Made by a program: the position numbers and the translations under genes | DNA from: an uncultured virus (IMG/VR IMGVR_UViG_3300010391_000003) | Taxonomy: Duplodnaviria > Heunggongvirae > Uroviricota > Caudoviricetes | Direction: 5' to 3' (one strand) | Virus record (IMG/VR): IMGVR_UViG_3300010391_000003 | DNA: 64,000 bases | Notes under the pieces: model-generated | Told to the model about the DNA's origin: nothing | Seen by the model: the letters and a program-made list of their open reading frames with translations, nothing else | Database searches by the model: none | Shown: piece by piece, positions 31,769 through 43,088 of the stretch | Position numbering within the stretch: position 1 is the first letter of the stretch | How the letters are laid out: each line of letters begins with the position of its first letter

Positions 31769-32788
31769 ATGGAAATACCACAAACAAAATTAGACTGGCT
31801 CAACCAGATTGCGGAGATTCATGGAATCCCAGTAGAAGACACAAGAAAATATTATTACAAACAGATAAATGATCCAACATGTCTTGCAGCTTTTCCTAGA
31901 GAAGAAGATTTGCTTGATTATGTAGATAACCTCTTGGCTACACATATTCAAGAATTTCATTCAGCTGTAATGACAGAGTATGAAGTTGTTGTGTTTGTTT
32001 CATCTGCACCAAAGACTTCAAAAGCAGGAAATTTATATAACAATCACACTGTTATGGCAAAACTTCCTGGTGATGGACAGAAAATAAAGTGGATGAATGT
32101 AGTAAACAACGAAGAGACAGGAAATGTTGAAAGACTTCCAATATTAGCAACAGGAACTATTAAGGTAAATGTCAAGTCAGAAAATGAACAACAGATAGAT
32201 GCATTCTCTAGAACAAATACAGAATTTGTTCCAAAGGTTCTATCATGGGTTCCACAAACTATGCCAGAAAAGAAAGAGTGGATGAAGAAAGCAATAAGAC
32301 AATTTACGATTGCAGAAGCTGGAAAAAATCTGTCTGCTAAGACTCAAGATCAAAAAGGAATTAATCCATGTTCTTTGAGATGGGTAGAAGGAAATATTGC
32401 AACTCACAGAATTATAAAGAAAACTGATGAAAAGACTGGATTAGAAAGGGTAACAGGAATTATAACAATAACTGATAAGAGTGTTCTTTCAAACCCTGAC
32501 TTTGGAAAGAATAAAACAGTTCCAGATCCTAAGAATCCTGGAAAGACTATGACAGAATATGGTGGATTCTCAGCATTTGCAGATCCAGAAGATATAAAAG
32601 ATATCGGAAAGGGCTCAAAGTGTATATTCGTTGGAACAGTCGCCTCAGTAAGAATGATGAATGTTGGAACAATAATACCAATATTGGCAATTGCACCGAA
32701 GAAGCCAACCGAAAAGCTACAGAAACCTGGAACGCAAGCACCTGCAACACCCATTGCTGATGCATCTGTAAGTCCATCATCTTTGTAA
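31769..32788 (+). CDS. Putative OB-fold ssDNA-binding (RPA/SSB-like) protein
   Basis: Beta-rich OB-like pattern (VEGNI...GIITITDKS...GKGSKCIFVG), disordered tail, next to a Sak4-like ATPase; fold inferred only. Confidence 0.45.
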   Translation: MEIPQTKLDWLNQIAEIHGIPVEDTRKYYYKQINDPTCLAAFPREEDLLDYVDNLLATHIQEFHSAVMTEYEVVVFVSSAPKTSKAGNLYNNHTVMAKLPGDGQKIKWMNVVNNEETGNVERLPILATGTIKVNVKSENEQQIDAFSRTNTEFVPKVLSWVPQTMPEKKEWMKKAIRQFTIAEAGKNLSAKTQDQKGINPCSLRWVEGNIATHRIIKKTDEKTGLERVTGIITITDKSVLSNPDFGKNKTVPDPKNPGKTMTEYGGFSAFADPEDIKDIGKGSKCIFVGTVASVRMMNVGTIIPILAIAPKKPTEKLQKPGTQAPATPIADASVSPSSL

Positions 32789-33155
32789 ATATGTAAGAGA
32801 ATTAAGGAGAAGATAAATATGGAAATGACAGTAGGCTTGTTTGGAATAATACTAGTTTCAACAGTGGTTGTTGGAATGGTTATTGTTCTTTATAAAATTA
32901 GTAAGAAATAAGTATTAAAATTTGTCAGATCGATAAACTCTTATTGCTCAGAAACTGTTGGGTTACTCAACAGCCATGGTACACGCAATGGGAGGTCGTA
33001 AATTCTGACAAATTTTTTAAATTAATTAATAGCATGATCATAGATTGCAGCACATGTAATATAAAAAATTCATGTAAAGAATATTTTAACGGACTACAAT
33101 GTTATTATAGATACACAATAGAACAAATAAATATAAATAAATACGAGGAAAAATA

Positions 33156-34313
33156 ATGAATGACATATTACCATCAGATCCAGTACCAAAGGACATATCT
33201 AAAGATATTGAGGATCTTGACAGAATTAAATACGATTTAAGTCCAGATGAAGGACGAGGAAAATTAGTTGTAACATCATATGGGGAAAAGGGAGCAGGAA
33301 AGACCACAGGAATATATCTCATTACAACTGGAAGAATAGGTGGATTCCCTGCAGGAAAGACAGTTGTTATATCATTTGATAATAAATCAAAGATCACAAA
33401 AGAACAATATTTCCCATTAGATGATATTACAGTATATGACGGAAAACGATATTATAGAGAAGACCCGACATTATGTACAAAGTCTGGTATGATGACATAC
33501 AAATATATACAAAAATTGTTAGAATCATATAAGAATGATCAACCAGACTGGATAGTATTTGATGGATTCACCATAATGGCTATGATTCTTGAAATGGCAA
33601 TGAGATATCAACATGGTCTTTTGCCATCTCAAGGTATAGCAAATCTTAATGTCTGGAAAGACAGAGGACGGTTTGTACAAGACTTACATAATCTGGCTTG
33701 CAAAATATCAAAATATGGCGTTGCATACACCACATATTCTGATAAGAATGAAATTGTAGAAGCAGGAACAACAATATCAAAAACTGATGTTCCAAAGTAT
33801 ATTGATGTTGTTATGCAAGAGACAGATGTTGTTATTCATTTGACAAAAGCAAAAGGAAAAGACGGAGATTTGTTCTATCTAAGAGTAGAATCAACAAAAT
33901 ATAAGAATTATTTGGATATGGAAGGAAAACCGATACCATATCAGAAAGATGTGACTCTTGAACAAGGAAGAACATTTAATATAACAAAAGCAGTTGATCT
34001 TCCACCAAAGAAAGTTGTAAAAAGGGAACCAACTGCTACAGAAAAAATGATTGAAAATATGGTTCTACCAAAGAAAGTTGAATCTGTTATAATTCCAACA
34101 ATTTCTGCTCCAATAGAACCTGCAAAACCAATTGAACCTGTTCCAAAGATGGAAACAGAAAAATCTATTGAGGCTTCGAATGTTGAGATTAAAAAATCAG
34201 TTGAAGTTCTTAAGGTTGATGAACCTCAAAAAATTGTTGAGATGTTAAGAGTAAATGAACAAAAATCTATAATCAAACCAAAATTTCAAATACCTGACTT
34301 GTTGGGATTGTAG
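33156..34313 (+). CDS. AAA_24/Sak4-like P-loop ATPase (recombinase) with Pro/Glu-rich tail
   Basis: YGEKGAGKTT, VVISFD, WIVFDG. Confidence 0.65.
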   Translation: MNDILPSDPVPKDISKDIEDLDRIKYDLSPDEGRGKLVVTSYGEKGAGKTTGIYLITTGRIGGFPAGKTVVISFDNKSKITKEQYFPLDDITVYDGKRYYREDPTLCTKSGMMTYKYIQKLLESYKNDQPDWIVFDGFTIMAMILEMAMRYQHGLLPSQGIANLNVWKDRGRFVQDLHNLACKISKYGVAYTTYSDKNEIVEAGTTISKTDVPKYIDVVMQETDVVIHLTKAKGKDGDLFYLRVESTKYKNYLDMEGKPIPYQKDVTLEQGRTFNITKAVDLPPKKVVKREPTATEKMIENMVLPKKVESVIIPTISAPIEPAKPIEPVPKMETEKSIEASNVEIKKSVEVLKVDEPQKIVEMLRVNEQKSIIKPKFQIPDLLGL

Positions 34314-35098
34314 ATTTATTTTTTATTTTAATAATTAGCATAACATTTAAATAGTATTATGTTTATTATACTATTAGGAGAAATTTATGATTTATCAATA
34401 CAATCCTAGTCAACTTTATGACATTGAATACAGAAGTGTTAAAGAGATAAATATAGTAAGTGGAAATATAAAAACACCAGATGGAATTTTCGATGTAACA
34501 TTCTATACTGATGATAAAGATAAAAGTTGGGGAACAGAATTATATACTGGATCAAATTATGTTGTTGGTTCAACAAAAAGATCATGGTCAAGAAATTATA
34601 AATCGTGGAGAGGACTCCCAGACAAGTGGAAACTTGTTGCTCAAAGACTTAAAGAACTTCATAGAAGGAGATTTTAAATATGGCTATAACAAGAAAATAT
34701 AGAGGATGGATAATATTTTCAAAAAATTGGACTAACACTCTTGGAGAAGATAGATTAAGTGTAGCAGCAATTCCAGAAGGAATATATCCAGAACATTCAT
34801 TAACAACACAAAAGATAAATAATTATTGGTATAATAATGGTGGATCAAAAGAATGGGATATGTTTTCTGAATATGATTTTTATGAAAGAAGTGAAGAGGC
34901 AAGAATCTGGTTAAATAGAATGAAAGAAAGAATAGACAGATATAAAATAAAATAGTGAAGAAAAACCAAAACAAAAATTACTAATATTATGAAAATAGAA
35001 ATGGAATGTCTTTTGTGTGGAAATCATGATATGTGTAATCCAGATAAAATAAGTATTTGTGATCAATGTGATAACGGTGTCATGATAGAAGTTAAATT

Positions 35099-35416
35099 AT
35101 GAACAAAGAAAGACTGATTAAATTACTTAATCTTACTTCTTCTTCAAATGATAGTGAAGCCTTATCATCTATACGAAAAGCTAATATTCTAATTAAAGAA
35201 GATAATTCAAATTGGGAAGAAATAATTAATATTTCTAGAAGTTTAGAATCTTTTATAAAAAGACAAGATCAAGAATATGCAGTCTTAAATATGATTCTTT
35301 TAAAAGAAAGAGCATATTCACAAGAATTAAAAACCAATATACATGTCTTAAAAAATATCATAAAATATCTATTGTTGCTTTCAATTATATTAATTTCTAT
35401 AATCATATTAAAATAA
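35099..35416 (+). CDS. DUF2786-like protein with C-terminal TM helix
   Basis: KLLNLTSSSNDSEA..A pattern. Confidence 0.5.
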   Translation: MNKERLIKLLNLTSSSNDSEALSSIRKANILIKEDNSNWEEIINISRSLESFIKRQDQEYAVLNMILLKERAYSQELKTNIHVLKNIIKYLLLLSIILISIIILK

Positions 35417-35466
35417 ATACGAAAGATTTATATAATATTAAAACATTTATGTTATAATGAGGAATT

Positions 35467-36081
35467 ATGAACACAAATAATATTATAATTTTAATAATTT
35501 TTTCAATATTATTATCAGGTTGTTTAGACTCGAGAAGTACAACAAACACGTCAGAAATAACTGTTTCTGAGACTATGATATCTGAACATACACCAGAGCC
35601 AACTCCATATGTTTCTAATATTGATGAAAGATGGGTGAGAGACTTTATCGATATTGTTAATAGTGAAAGATTTACAGAATACACAAAATTGTCAAACAAA
35701 ATGTGGAGTTCTATGGCGTTAAATGCCATTGCAAGAGAAAGATTCAACAAAATGTCGAAGAGACCATATACAAGTCATTTTGAAGCAGATATGGATATGT
35801 ATAACACTGGAGAAGAAATATTATTTCCTGATGGATTTACACCTAAAGAATATGTAAGTCAGCTTAAAACAAAAGCACCCATACATTGGAATGGTCTCAT
35901 AGATCCAAAGATTAAAAATTATGGGTTCTATTTTGAAGAAGGAAATACATTAAGTATAATACAACCATGTTCTATAACTGAAATAACTGATATAAATGTT
36001 GATGAAAAAGAATATTTAAAGTCATTTGGATGCGAAACTGTAGAAACAAGAGCAACATGGTTGGTAATAGAATTAAGTTAG
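35467..36081 (+). CDS. Lipoprotein with CAP/SCP-like domain
   Basis: Lipobox LLSGC; VNSER...L..IA..R...M....SH...GE.I...HW..L. Confidence 0.55.
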   Translation: MNTNNIIILIIFSILLSGCLDSRSTTNTSEITVSETMISEHTPEPTPYVSNIDERWVRDFIDIVNSERFTEYTKLSNKMWSSMALNAIARERFNKMSKRPYTSHFEADMDMYNTGEEILFPDGFTPKEYVSQLKTKAPIHWNGLIDPKIKNYGFYFEEGNTLSIIQPCSITEITDINVDEKEYLKSFGCETVETRATWLVIELS

Positions 36082-36272
36082 TACTGAGGAAAAATGATAA
36101 TCATAAAGAATGCTTATGTACAACCTATAATCGGGATAGAATCTAATGCATATGATGGAAAATCTGTTCATGTTCTTACATTGTTAGTAGAAGCAAAAGA
36201 TATTAATCCTAAAGATTTTGAGAATTTCAGGGGAAAACTTAATATAAAAATAGATACCATTTAAGGATTAAT

Positions 36273-37232
36273 ATGTCAGATGTTCGCGAGATTCTCTTCC
36301 CAAATTTTTCGAGAATGGTAGGAAATCCTAAAGCATTTCTTATAAATAGTCGTGAAGATCTTAACAGGTTTGCATCTGTTAATTCTTCGGAAAATGACAA
36401 GAATTTTTGTTCAATATGTTCTTATTACAATGATGTCCCTGTTTTTGAAGACAATTTTTTAGAAACAGATGATTATACACCAGAACCAGTAAGAAAAGTT
36501 GTTCTTTGGTATGAATCTAAAAACATTCCTTGGATTTGTCTTCTTAGTGGAAATAGAGGATTTCATCTGCATGGACTTTTTGAACCAGAAATTGTAAATC
36601 CAAAAACTGTAAAAAACTTTGCAAATCTTGTTTTGGAAGAGACGAATACTAAAGAACTTTTTGATTCTCATGTTAGTGGTGTTTTAGAAAAACTTTGTAG
36701 AATACCAAATACACAAAGAATCGGAAATGGTTGGTGTGTTCCAATAACAAGAGAAGAATTATTTACTTTTAATACATCAGAAGAATTTAAAAAATTATAT
36801 GTTTCTCCAAGATTTATAGATTTTAAAATTTTAAAGAGACCCTCTATATTTGAATTTATTAAAGAAGATGATACAACAGATAAACCTGTTCAGGTTATAC
36901 AAACTGCTCCTCCAAAAGATGTATTTTTGTTAAAACAAATTTTGAGACCATGTGTATATAAGTCTATTTTCACACCAAATCCAAAACATGACTTCAGAGT
37001 TTCTGCAGTTGTAGAAATGAGAAATCATGGTATTTCTGGAAATCAGATATTTGAAATTTTTGAACATCTAAATTGGATAGATTTTGGACATGATAAAACT
37101 AGATATCAAATAGAAAAGATTGAAGAAAAAAGAAAGTCTGGAGAATTAATGATCCCATTTGGAAAGAAAAGACTTGGTTGTGAAAAGAAGATATCTTGTT
37201 TTAAGTGTGTTTTATGTGGTGGAGAGTTTTAG
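36273..37232 (+). CDS. Archaeo-eukaryotic primase, PriS catalytic domain fused to a PriL-C/PriX-like domain
   Basis: SGNRGFHL, RIPNT; C-terminal RPC...H..R...DF..DKTRYQI..I...GC....C..C..C. Confidence 0.8.
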   Translation: MSDVREILFPNFSRMVGNPKAFLINSREDLNRFASVNSSENDKNFCSICSYYNDVPVFEDNFLETDDYTPEPVRKVVLWYESKNIPWICLLSGNRGFHLHGLFEPEIVNPKTVKNFANLVLEETNTKELFDSHVSGVLEKLCRIPNTQRIGNGWCVPITREELFTFNTSEEFKKLYVSPRFIDFKILKRPSIFEFIKEDDTTDKPVQVIQTAPPKDVFLLKQILRPCVYKSIFTPNPKHDFRVSAVVEMRNHGISGNQIFEIFEHLNWIDFGHDKTRYQIEKIEEKRKSGELMIPFGKKRLGCEKKISCFKCVLCGGEF

Positions 37233-37235
37233 ATA

Positions 37236-37250
37236 GAAAACTATATATAC
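37236..37250 (+). promoter_or_regulatory. BRE/TATA promoter of the ~220-nt ncRNA
   Basis: GAAAACTATATATAC; TATA box ends about 23 nt before G37272. Confidence 0.65.
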
Positions 37251-37271
37251 TTTTAGGATATATTAGGTATT

Positions 37272-37493
37272 GAGGACATAATCCTATGTCTGACTGTCTG
37301 TAATTTAAGGAATCGGATGGTTTTGGCAAACCTCCCCGAAGAATGAATACAGAGCAGATCTATAAGCTTCAAGTGCGATCTACTGAGATGCCTATGAGTC
37401 CCAAGTGGCAATGGCTAAAAACTCAATAGAACAATAGTCTTGAAGACGATCTGACAGGATATGAAACAGGTAGGAAGCCAAATTATGTCCCTC
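37272..37493 (+). ncRNA. Structured ~220-nt non-coding RNA of unknown family
   Basis: About 42% GC (hand count 93/222) in an AT-rich genome; no ORF; 5'/3' closing stem and at least six nested helices; own promoter and U-tract. Confidence 0.75.
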
Positions 37494-37503
37494 TTTTTCT
37501 TTT
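37494..37503 (+). terminator. Archaeal oligo-T terminator
   Basis: TTTTTCTTTT immediately after the closing stem. Confidence 0.6.
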
Positions 37504-38966
37504 ATACTAATTAGGTAATATTTATATACTATTAAAGACAATTAGTATTAGGAGATAATTATGAATTTTATAGTAAAAATGTTAAAAGACGGAAGATTAA
37601 AAGTTGTGGGTAGTAAAAAATCAAAAATTTTAGATATGCCAGCTTCTGATAGAGTAATTGGAAGTGTTTTGTATGTAACAGACTTGCAGAAACTTCAGGC
37701 AGGAGAAGAAGTTATTGTTTCTGGAGTAGCTGCACTTGAATTAGAAATATATGTAGGTTATTAATTAAAAGAGGTAAATATGAAAACAAGTGAAATTGGA
37801 GAGCTATTGAGTTCAGATTCCACAAGTAAGAGGGGAGATGTATATACTGTAAGAAAAACTTATTATTATAAACACGGTTATGATGCAATGCAATATGCAA
37901 GCAAAGTAAAAAGTGTTTTTCCTGATGCTATAATTATTGATTATGGTGATCATTGGGCTCCATTTCGTGGTGGAGACTCTGTTGAAAGGGGATCACATTG
38001 GTATGTAAAATTTAAATTACCAAGTGGTTCAGTTCCTCGACATCAAAATCCAATAGCTATGGGAGGTTATTCTGTACAATCAGGACTTCCAAATAATTTG
38101 AGGTTATAATATGTTATTCTCAGATCTTAAATTATTAATGGATGAAGACATTGATAGAATTAAATTAGATATAAAAACAGGAAGAAGACAACTAATGTAT
38201 ATTAATTTGTCAAAATTAGAAATGAAACATAGAATGTTTCCAAGACTTGCACAAATAGTTCCACGTGAAGGAGACTATGGAATATTTGAAATATCAGGAA
38301 ATATTGTAAAATTCACTGGAGAACTTGATTCTAAAAAAGTAAATTATGTAAGAAGTTTACAAACTCCAGACTTCATGAGGTTATAACTGTGGGAAGATTT
38401 ATATATAAAGGAGTAGATATTGATGAGAGTCGTGGAAAGTATATGGTATGTACAAATAAAGATCTTTTAAAACTAGGTCTTTGTACTCATAAGACACTTC
38501 AAAAAGGACATCCAGGATATGTTTCATTAAAAAGATTAATAAAACTTATAGATGAAAAAAGATCTAAATTATATTAAGTATGAATTTCAAATTAATACAA
38601 AAGGATTATAAAACTGAAAGATACGAATCAGATCTTGGACAAGGATTATCAGCAGTAGTAAAAATGCAATATCATACACATCTTAAATATTGGGATGTTT
38701 TCTATAAAATAACATATCCACCATACTATCAAACAGATCACATTTTTGGTCAGGCTTATATTGATAGTCGTAAAGAAGCCAGAAAAATTGCACAACAAGT
38801 AATGGATAATGCAAGACCTGATGATTGGAAAACTAAATTATCAGAATTTTTTCAAAAGAATATTAGAGAATCTATAACTCCTAATTTTATTAAAGTGTAG
38901 CCAAATATTTATATACTATTACTTTCATATTGTATTTTGTTAGAATTTAAACAAGGACAGATAAAT

Positions 38967-39341
38967 ATGAACGAAAGAATAGAATTAACAGATTCAATAA
39001 CAGACGTAATTTCAAAGATGAGTGACGGAAATCCAGGCGCAATCACTGTTTGTATAAGACTTTTAAATGAAACTGAAAAAGTTGATCCAGACAGTGCACT
39101 TAGAGGATTAGGAGCAATATTATCATTGGATACATTCAACATACATGGTTCACGAATATGGATGTTATTTAAAGATGTGTGTAAGGAAGACATTGTTAAA
39201 ACTATTGCGATTCTTCGTGCATGTCAATTAGGATTTTTAAAAGTAGCTCTCTTGAATCATGCAATTGATAATTATGGAAATGGAATAGATATCGAATCTT
39301 TGCATAAACAGGTTAAAGCAAGACTTCCAAACTTTAGATAG
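38967..39341 (+). CDS. Hypothetical virus-type protein
   Basis: MSDGNPGA...GSRIWMLFKDVC pattern; ATG 38967. Confidence 0.55.
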   Translation: MNERIELTDSITDVISKMSDGNPGAITVCIRLLNETEKVDPDSALRGLGAILSLDTFNIHGSRIWMLFKDVCKEDIVKTIAILRACQLGFLKVALLNHAIDNYGNGIDIESLHKQVKARLPNFR

Positions 39342-39590
39342 ACATTAAGAATAGTATCAAGAATATAAAAAATTGGTGAATTAAAATGATAATACATCTA
39401 ATTGAAGTTGATAAAACTCCAGAAATTGGTTCTGTAGTAAAATCCAATTGTGACGAAATAATAATTTTTGAATCACCAATCTCAGTAAATTATGCTGACG
39501 AAGGAAGAATGTGTGAAAGTTGTCTTGATATTCATAGATACTCTAAAATTGTAAGAAAAATGACATTTGCGCACCAAAAGGAATAATAAA

Positions 39591-39740
39591 ATGGTAAAAA
39601 TTTCTGAAACAATAGAAATAACAGAAAAAGACTTCAAAAAGATGACAGAACTTAGAAAAGAATTAAATCTGTCGATCAATGAATTTATAAACATTGCAGT
39701 GATAGATGCCATACATACAGAATGTGGGAGGAATTTATGA
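39591..39740 (+). CDS. Ribbon-helix-helix (CopG-like) regulator, 49 aa
   Basis: Manual translation MVKISETIEITEKDFKKMTELRKELNLSINEFINIAVIDAI... Confidence 0.55.
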   Translation: MVKISETIEITEKDFKKMTELRKELNLSINEFINIAVIDAIHTECGRNL

Positions 39741-42046
39741 ACAGACTCAAACTACATGACACAATTATAGATTATCTAACAACTAGTGAAGCACAAGTAC
39801 TATTGTCTAATCAAGACTATAGATCAATATCATATAATCTCTCAGAAAAATTGTTGGATGTGATTATTAAAGATAAAAAATAATTTAGTACAAACATTTA
39901 TATAACATAACTTTCATTATATCTTTTGTGATAATATGAGCAAAATATGTATCCATGAATTTGAACAAAGAGATTCGGAAAATCCAGATTACTCTCAGAC
40001 TGAATATGACTTATATGCAAAACTCGATATGTCTATAAGAAAAAATCATGTGATTGGAAACTTCGAGATTTCAAGAATCAGCTCTGGTAAAAAGGTCTAT
40101 GAAGGTAGTCTTGAACAAATGGTTGCTATTGCAAATAATCTCGAAGGAGAAGAAAATACAGAAATTGGTTGTGACAATCTTATTTGTAAAAACAAGAGGA
40201 AATAAATATGGATGCTAAGACATATTCTGAAATATCAAGACATTTAAGTGAGATAGAAACAATCTTAACAAGAAGCTCAAACAGAAACGAGAAAATGTAT
40301 CCAAATGAATATAAACCAGTAAGGTTAAGACTATCAGAAATAAATTCAAAGATAAATAGTATTAGTGAGTTTTAGGAAATAGATATGGATAAAAGTAAAA
40401 TATCATTTACACTATTTTTGACACTAATAGTGACTGTATCAACGATTTCATATTTTAATATAAATGATATTTTACAAATCATAACATTATTTTTAATATA
40501 CTTTATCACAACTTATTTATGGTTTTGGTTTATGTCTATGATTGTTCCAAGATCGAGAATAACCAAAGATTCTGATGAAATACTTCATCCTGTGACACAA
40601 ATAGAGAATACACTTCATGTAATAAATATCAAGAAACACTACGGAAAGGAATATAATCCCAAATTATTAGAAAGGTGTAGTTGTGGTTCTACATTGTTTA
40701 GAATATATAATGAGGATACTTCTAAGGGTACATATATTCAGTTTATTTGTGTAAAATGTAATACAAAAGCTACAGGACTTGAGTTTAATTGGAAAGAAGT
40801 TAAAGAAGATATATCTGTGACAACTTGAGAAGATAAATTAAACGAATTAAAAACATAGATAGATTTAAATACTTACAAAAACATACTAATTGTTATGAAT
40901 GATATAATAGATAAAAAGGTCAAATTATATTGTAATGATTGTAAGACAGAATTAACAATAAGAGGAGAAGTATTTACACATTATAATCATGATGTTGTAG
41001 AAATAAACCAAGGAACAATTTCAAGAAGAATGAAGGAAATTTAAGAACTTCATAAGAAGGAGGAAAAATAATGATAGTTGATTATTGGTATGACTCACAC
41101 ACAAAGTCGTGGGTCGTTCAAAGAAAGAACAATAGAGGAGACCAGATAGGTAGTGCTGATTATGTTTATTCTAAAGAAGAAGCTTTAAAATTAGTAAAAG
41201 AATATGAAGAAGAATTTGATCGTGAATATAGGGAAAGAAAATCATTTCCAGAATTTAAAGATTTACCAAAGGTTTTTATTGGTGATGTTGAATTAAATCC
41301 ACGAGATTTTAGAATAGGAAAATTGAAGAAATCGAGAAGAGTCACAAAGTTTTCAAGATATGGAAGATAAACAATGTTTAGATGTCCAAGATGTGGAGCA
41401 CAAGTAGATCCAAGACAAGAATTTTGTGGAATGTGTGGAAAAAAGTTGAGATGATTACGAGGAAAATGTTTAATATAAATGGTTCGACTGTAAAATATTC
41501 AATAATTGATAATCTTTTAGATTTTGACAGAAGAATAAACAGATATGGACATGGACTCTGGTATTATACACCAAGAGAATATAAAGAAGAATCTATGGAT
41601 TTAAAATATGGAATATAAAACATGTCTTATAAATTTATAAAAATAAAACAGAGGATAGATATATGACTCCAAAAGAACGAATTAAAATGTATGAAGAAAC
41701 ATTAGAAAGATTACATAAAAAAAGAAGTAATGTAGAACTTTCAATAAAAAGATTAGATGAAAGAATAAAACACAATAAAGATGCAATCAATAATCTTGAA
41801 ATTAAAAACTCCAAAATAGAATATAACAGATCAATGAATCCATCAAAGAGGACACAATGTTAGATGAAAACTCACCAATAATTAAAGATATAGAATTACA
41901 TAAGAAAAGAATTGATAAAATACATGAAGAAAATAGAAATTTAAATATGAAATTAAAATGTTTGGCTCAAGAAGAAATCGATGAGTTTGTGAAAGTAATG
42001 ACACTTATTGACGATCATTGTAATAAATTAGAAAATCAGGAGAAAC

Positions 42047-42607
42047 ATGACTGAAATAACTTGGCAAGAAGAATTGGATACACTCTGTTATGAATGTAAA
42101 ACATGTGGAAGAATATTTAATTCAGATGATATTTTGTTTGCAAAGCATGCAGCCATTTTGAGAAAAGAAGTAATATGTCCAAGGTGTGGAACCATTCACA
42201 TAAAATATAATAGAAATTTAATAAAAATTTCAGGATTAAAGCTTCAGCACATAAAGCATTGTATGGATGGAAATTGGTATTGGGTATGTCCAATTTGTGG
42301 AGACTGGTTAGCACCACACAATATGGATATTCATTATGGCGAAGATGGTGCATGGAGAGTATTACAATCAAAAGGTGCAGCTTCGAGACATTTAATGACA
42401 CACAGTCCAGATCTTGTAAAACATGGAAGATCAATAGTAGAAATCACAAGCAAAAACCAATATTTCTGTAACAAGTGTGAAAGTGTGGTACTTACAAAAA
42501 AATCTGTAGGATATTCATCATATTTAAAAATAGATTGGAAACCAGAACATAAATATATGTGTTTAAATTGTGCAAAATCTGAAAATCTTGAATTAGGTCT
42601 AAAATAA
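42047..42607 (+). CDS. Multi-zinc-finger protein
   Basis: Five CxxC pairs plus a HxxxH. Confidence 0.6.
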   Translation: MTEITWQEELDTLCYECKTCGRIFNSDDILFAKHAAILRKEVICPRCGTIHIKYNRNLIKISGLKLQHIKHCMDGNWYWVCPICGDWLAPHNMDIHYGEDGAWRVLQSKGAASRHLMTHSPDLVKHGRSIVEITSKNQYFCNKCESVVLTKKSVGYSSYLKIDWKPEHKYMCLNCAKSENLELGLK

Positions 42608-43088
42608 AAGATGAAGTTCACAAAGGTGAGAAATTATGAACAAAAAATATATACTTTTAGGAATATTATTTGTAGTATTCTTCTCAGGATGTATAGAAAA
42701 TGAAAATTTAATCAATGCTTCTGAAATACAAAACTTTGGAGAAAACAGACAAGTTTATAGTATATATCCATTAATTTATGGAGAAAGAATAGAAGTTGTC
42801 TTCCCAAATAATGTAGGAAAATATGTTTATTCTGAATCATATATGAAATTTAGAGACGGAAACAATACCTGTTATACCTATCTTGGCAGTTCTGCAGCAG
42901 GAAATTCAGTATCATGTGTGAAAGATTAAAACCAGAAGAATTTATTCGAATGTGTAGAAATGGTTGTGTTATCGGATATAAACACACTTTATGTGGTAAA
43001 TATTGTTATATTATGACAGATCACGATTGTCATAAAAGTGATGTAAATGTGAGTTTTGCCAGTAATTATAGACATTGTTAGAGGAATT

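Noticed and set aside
37272..37493. Assignment of the ncRNA as RNase P, SRP, hammerhead, twister or c-di-GMP riboswitch
   Set aside because: Only isolated short words match (GTCCCAAG, GGCAAACC, ATAGTC); the required partner motifs and their order are absent
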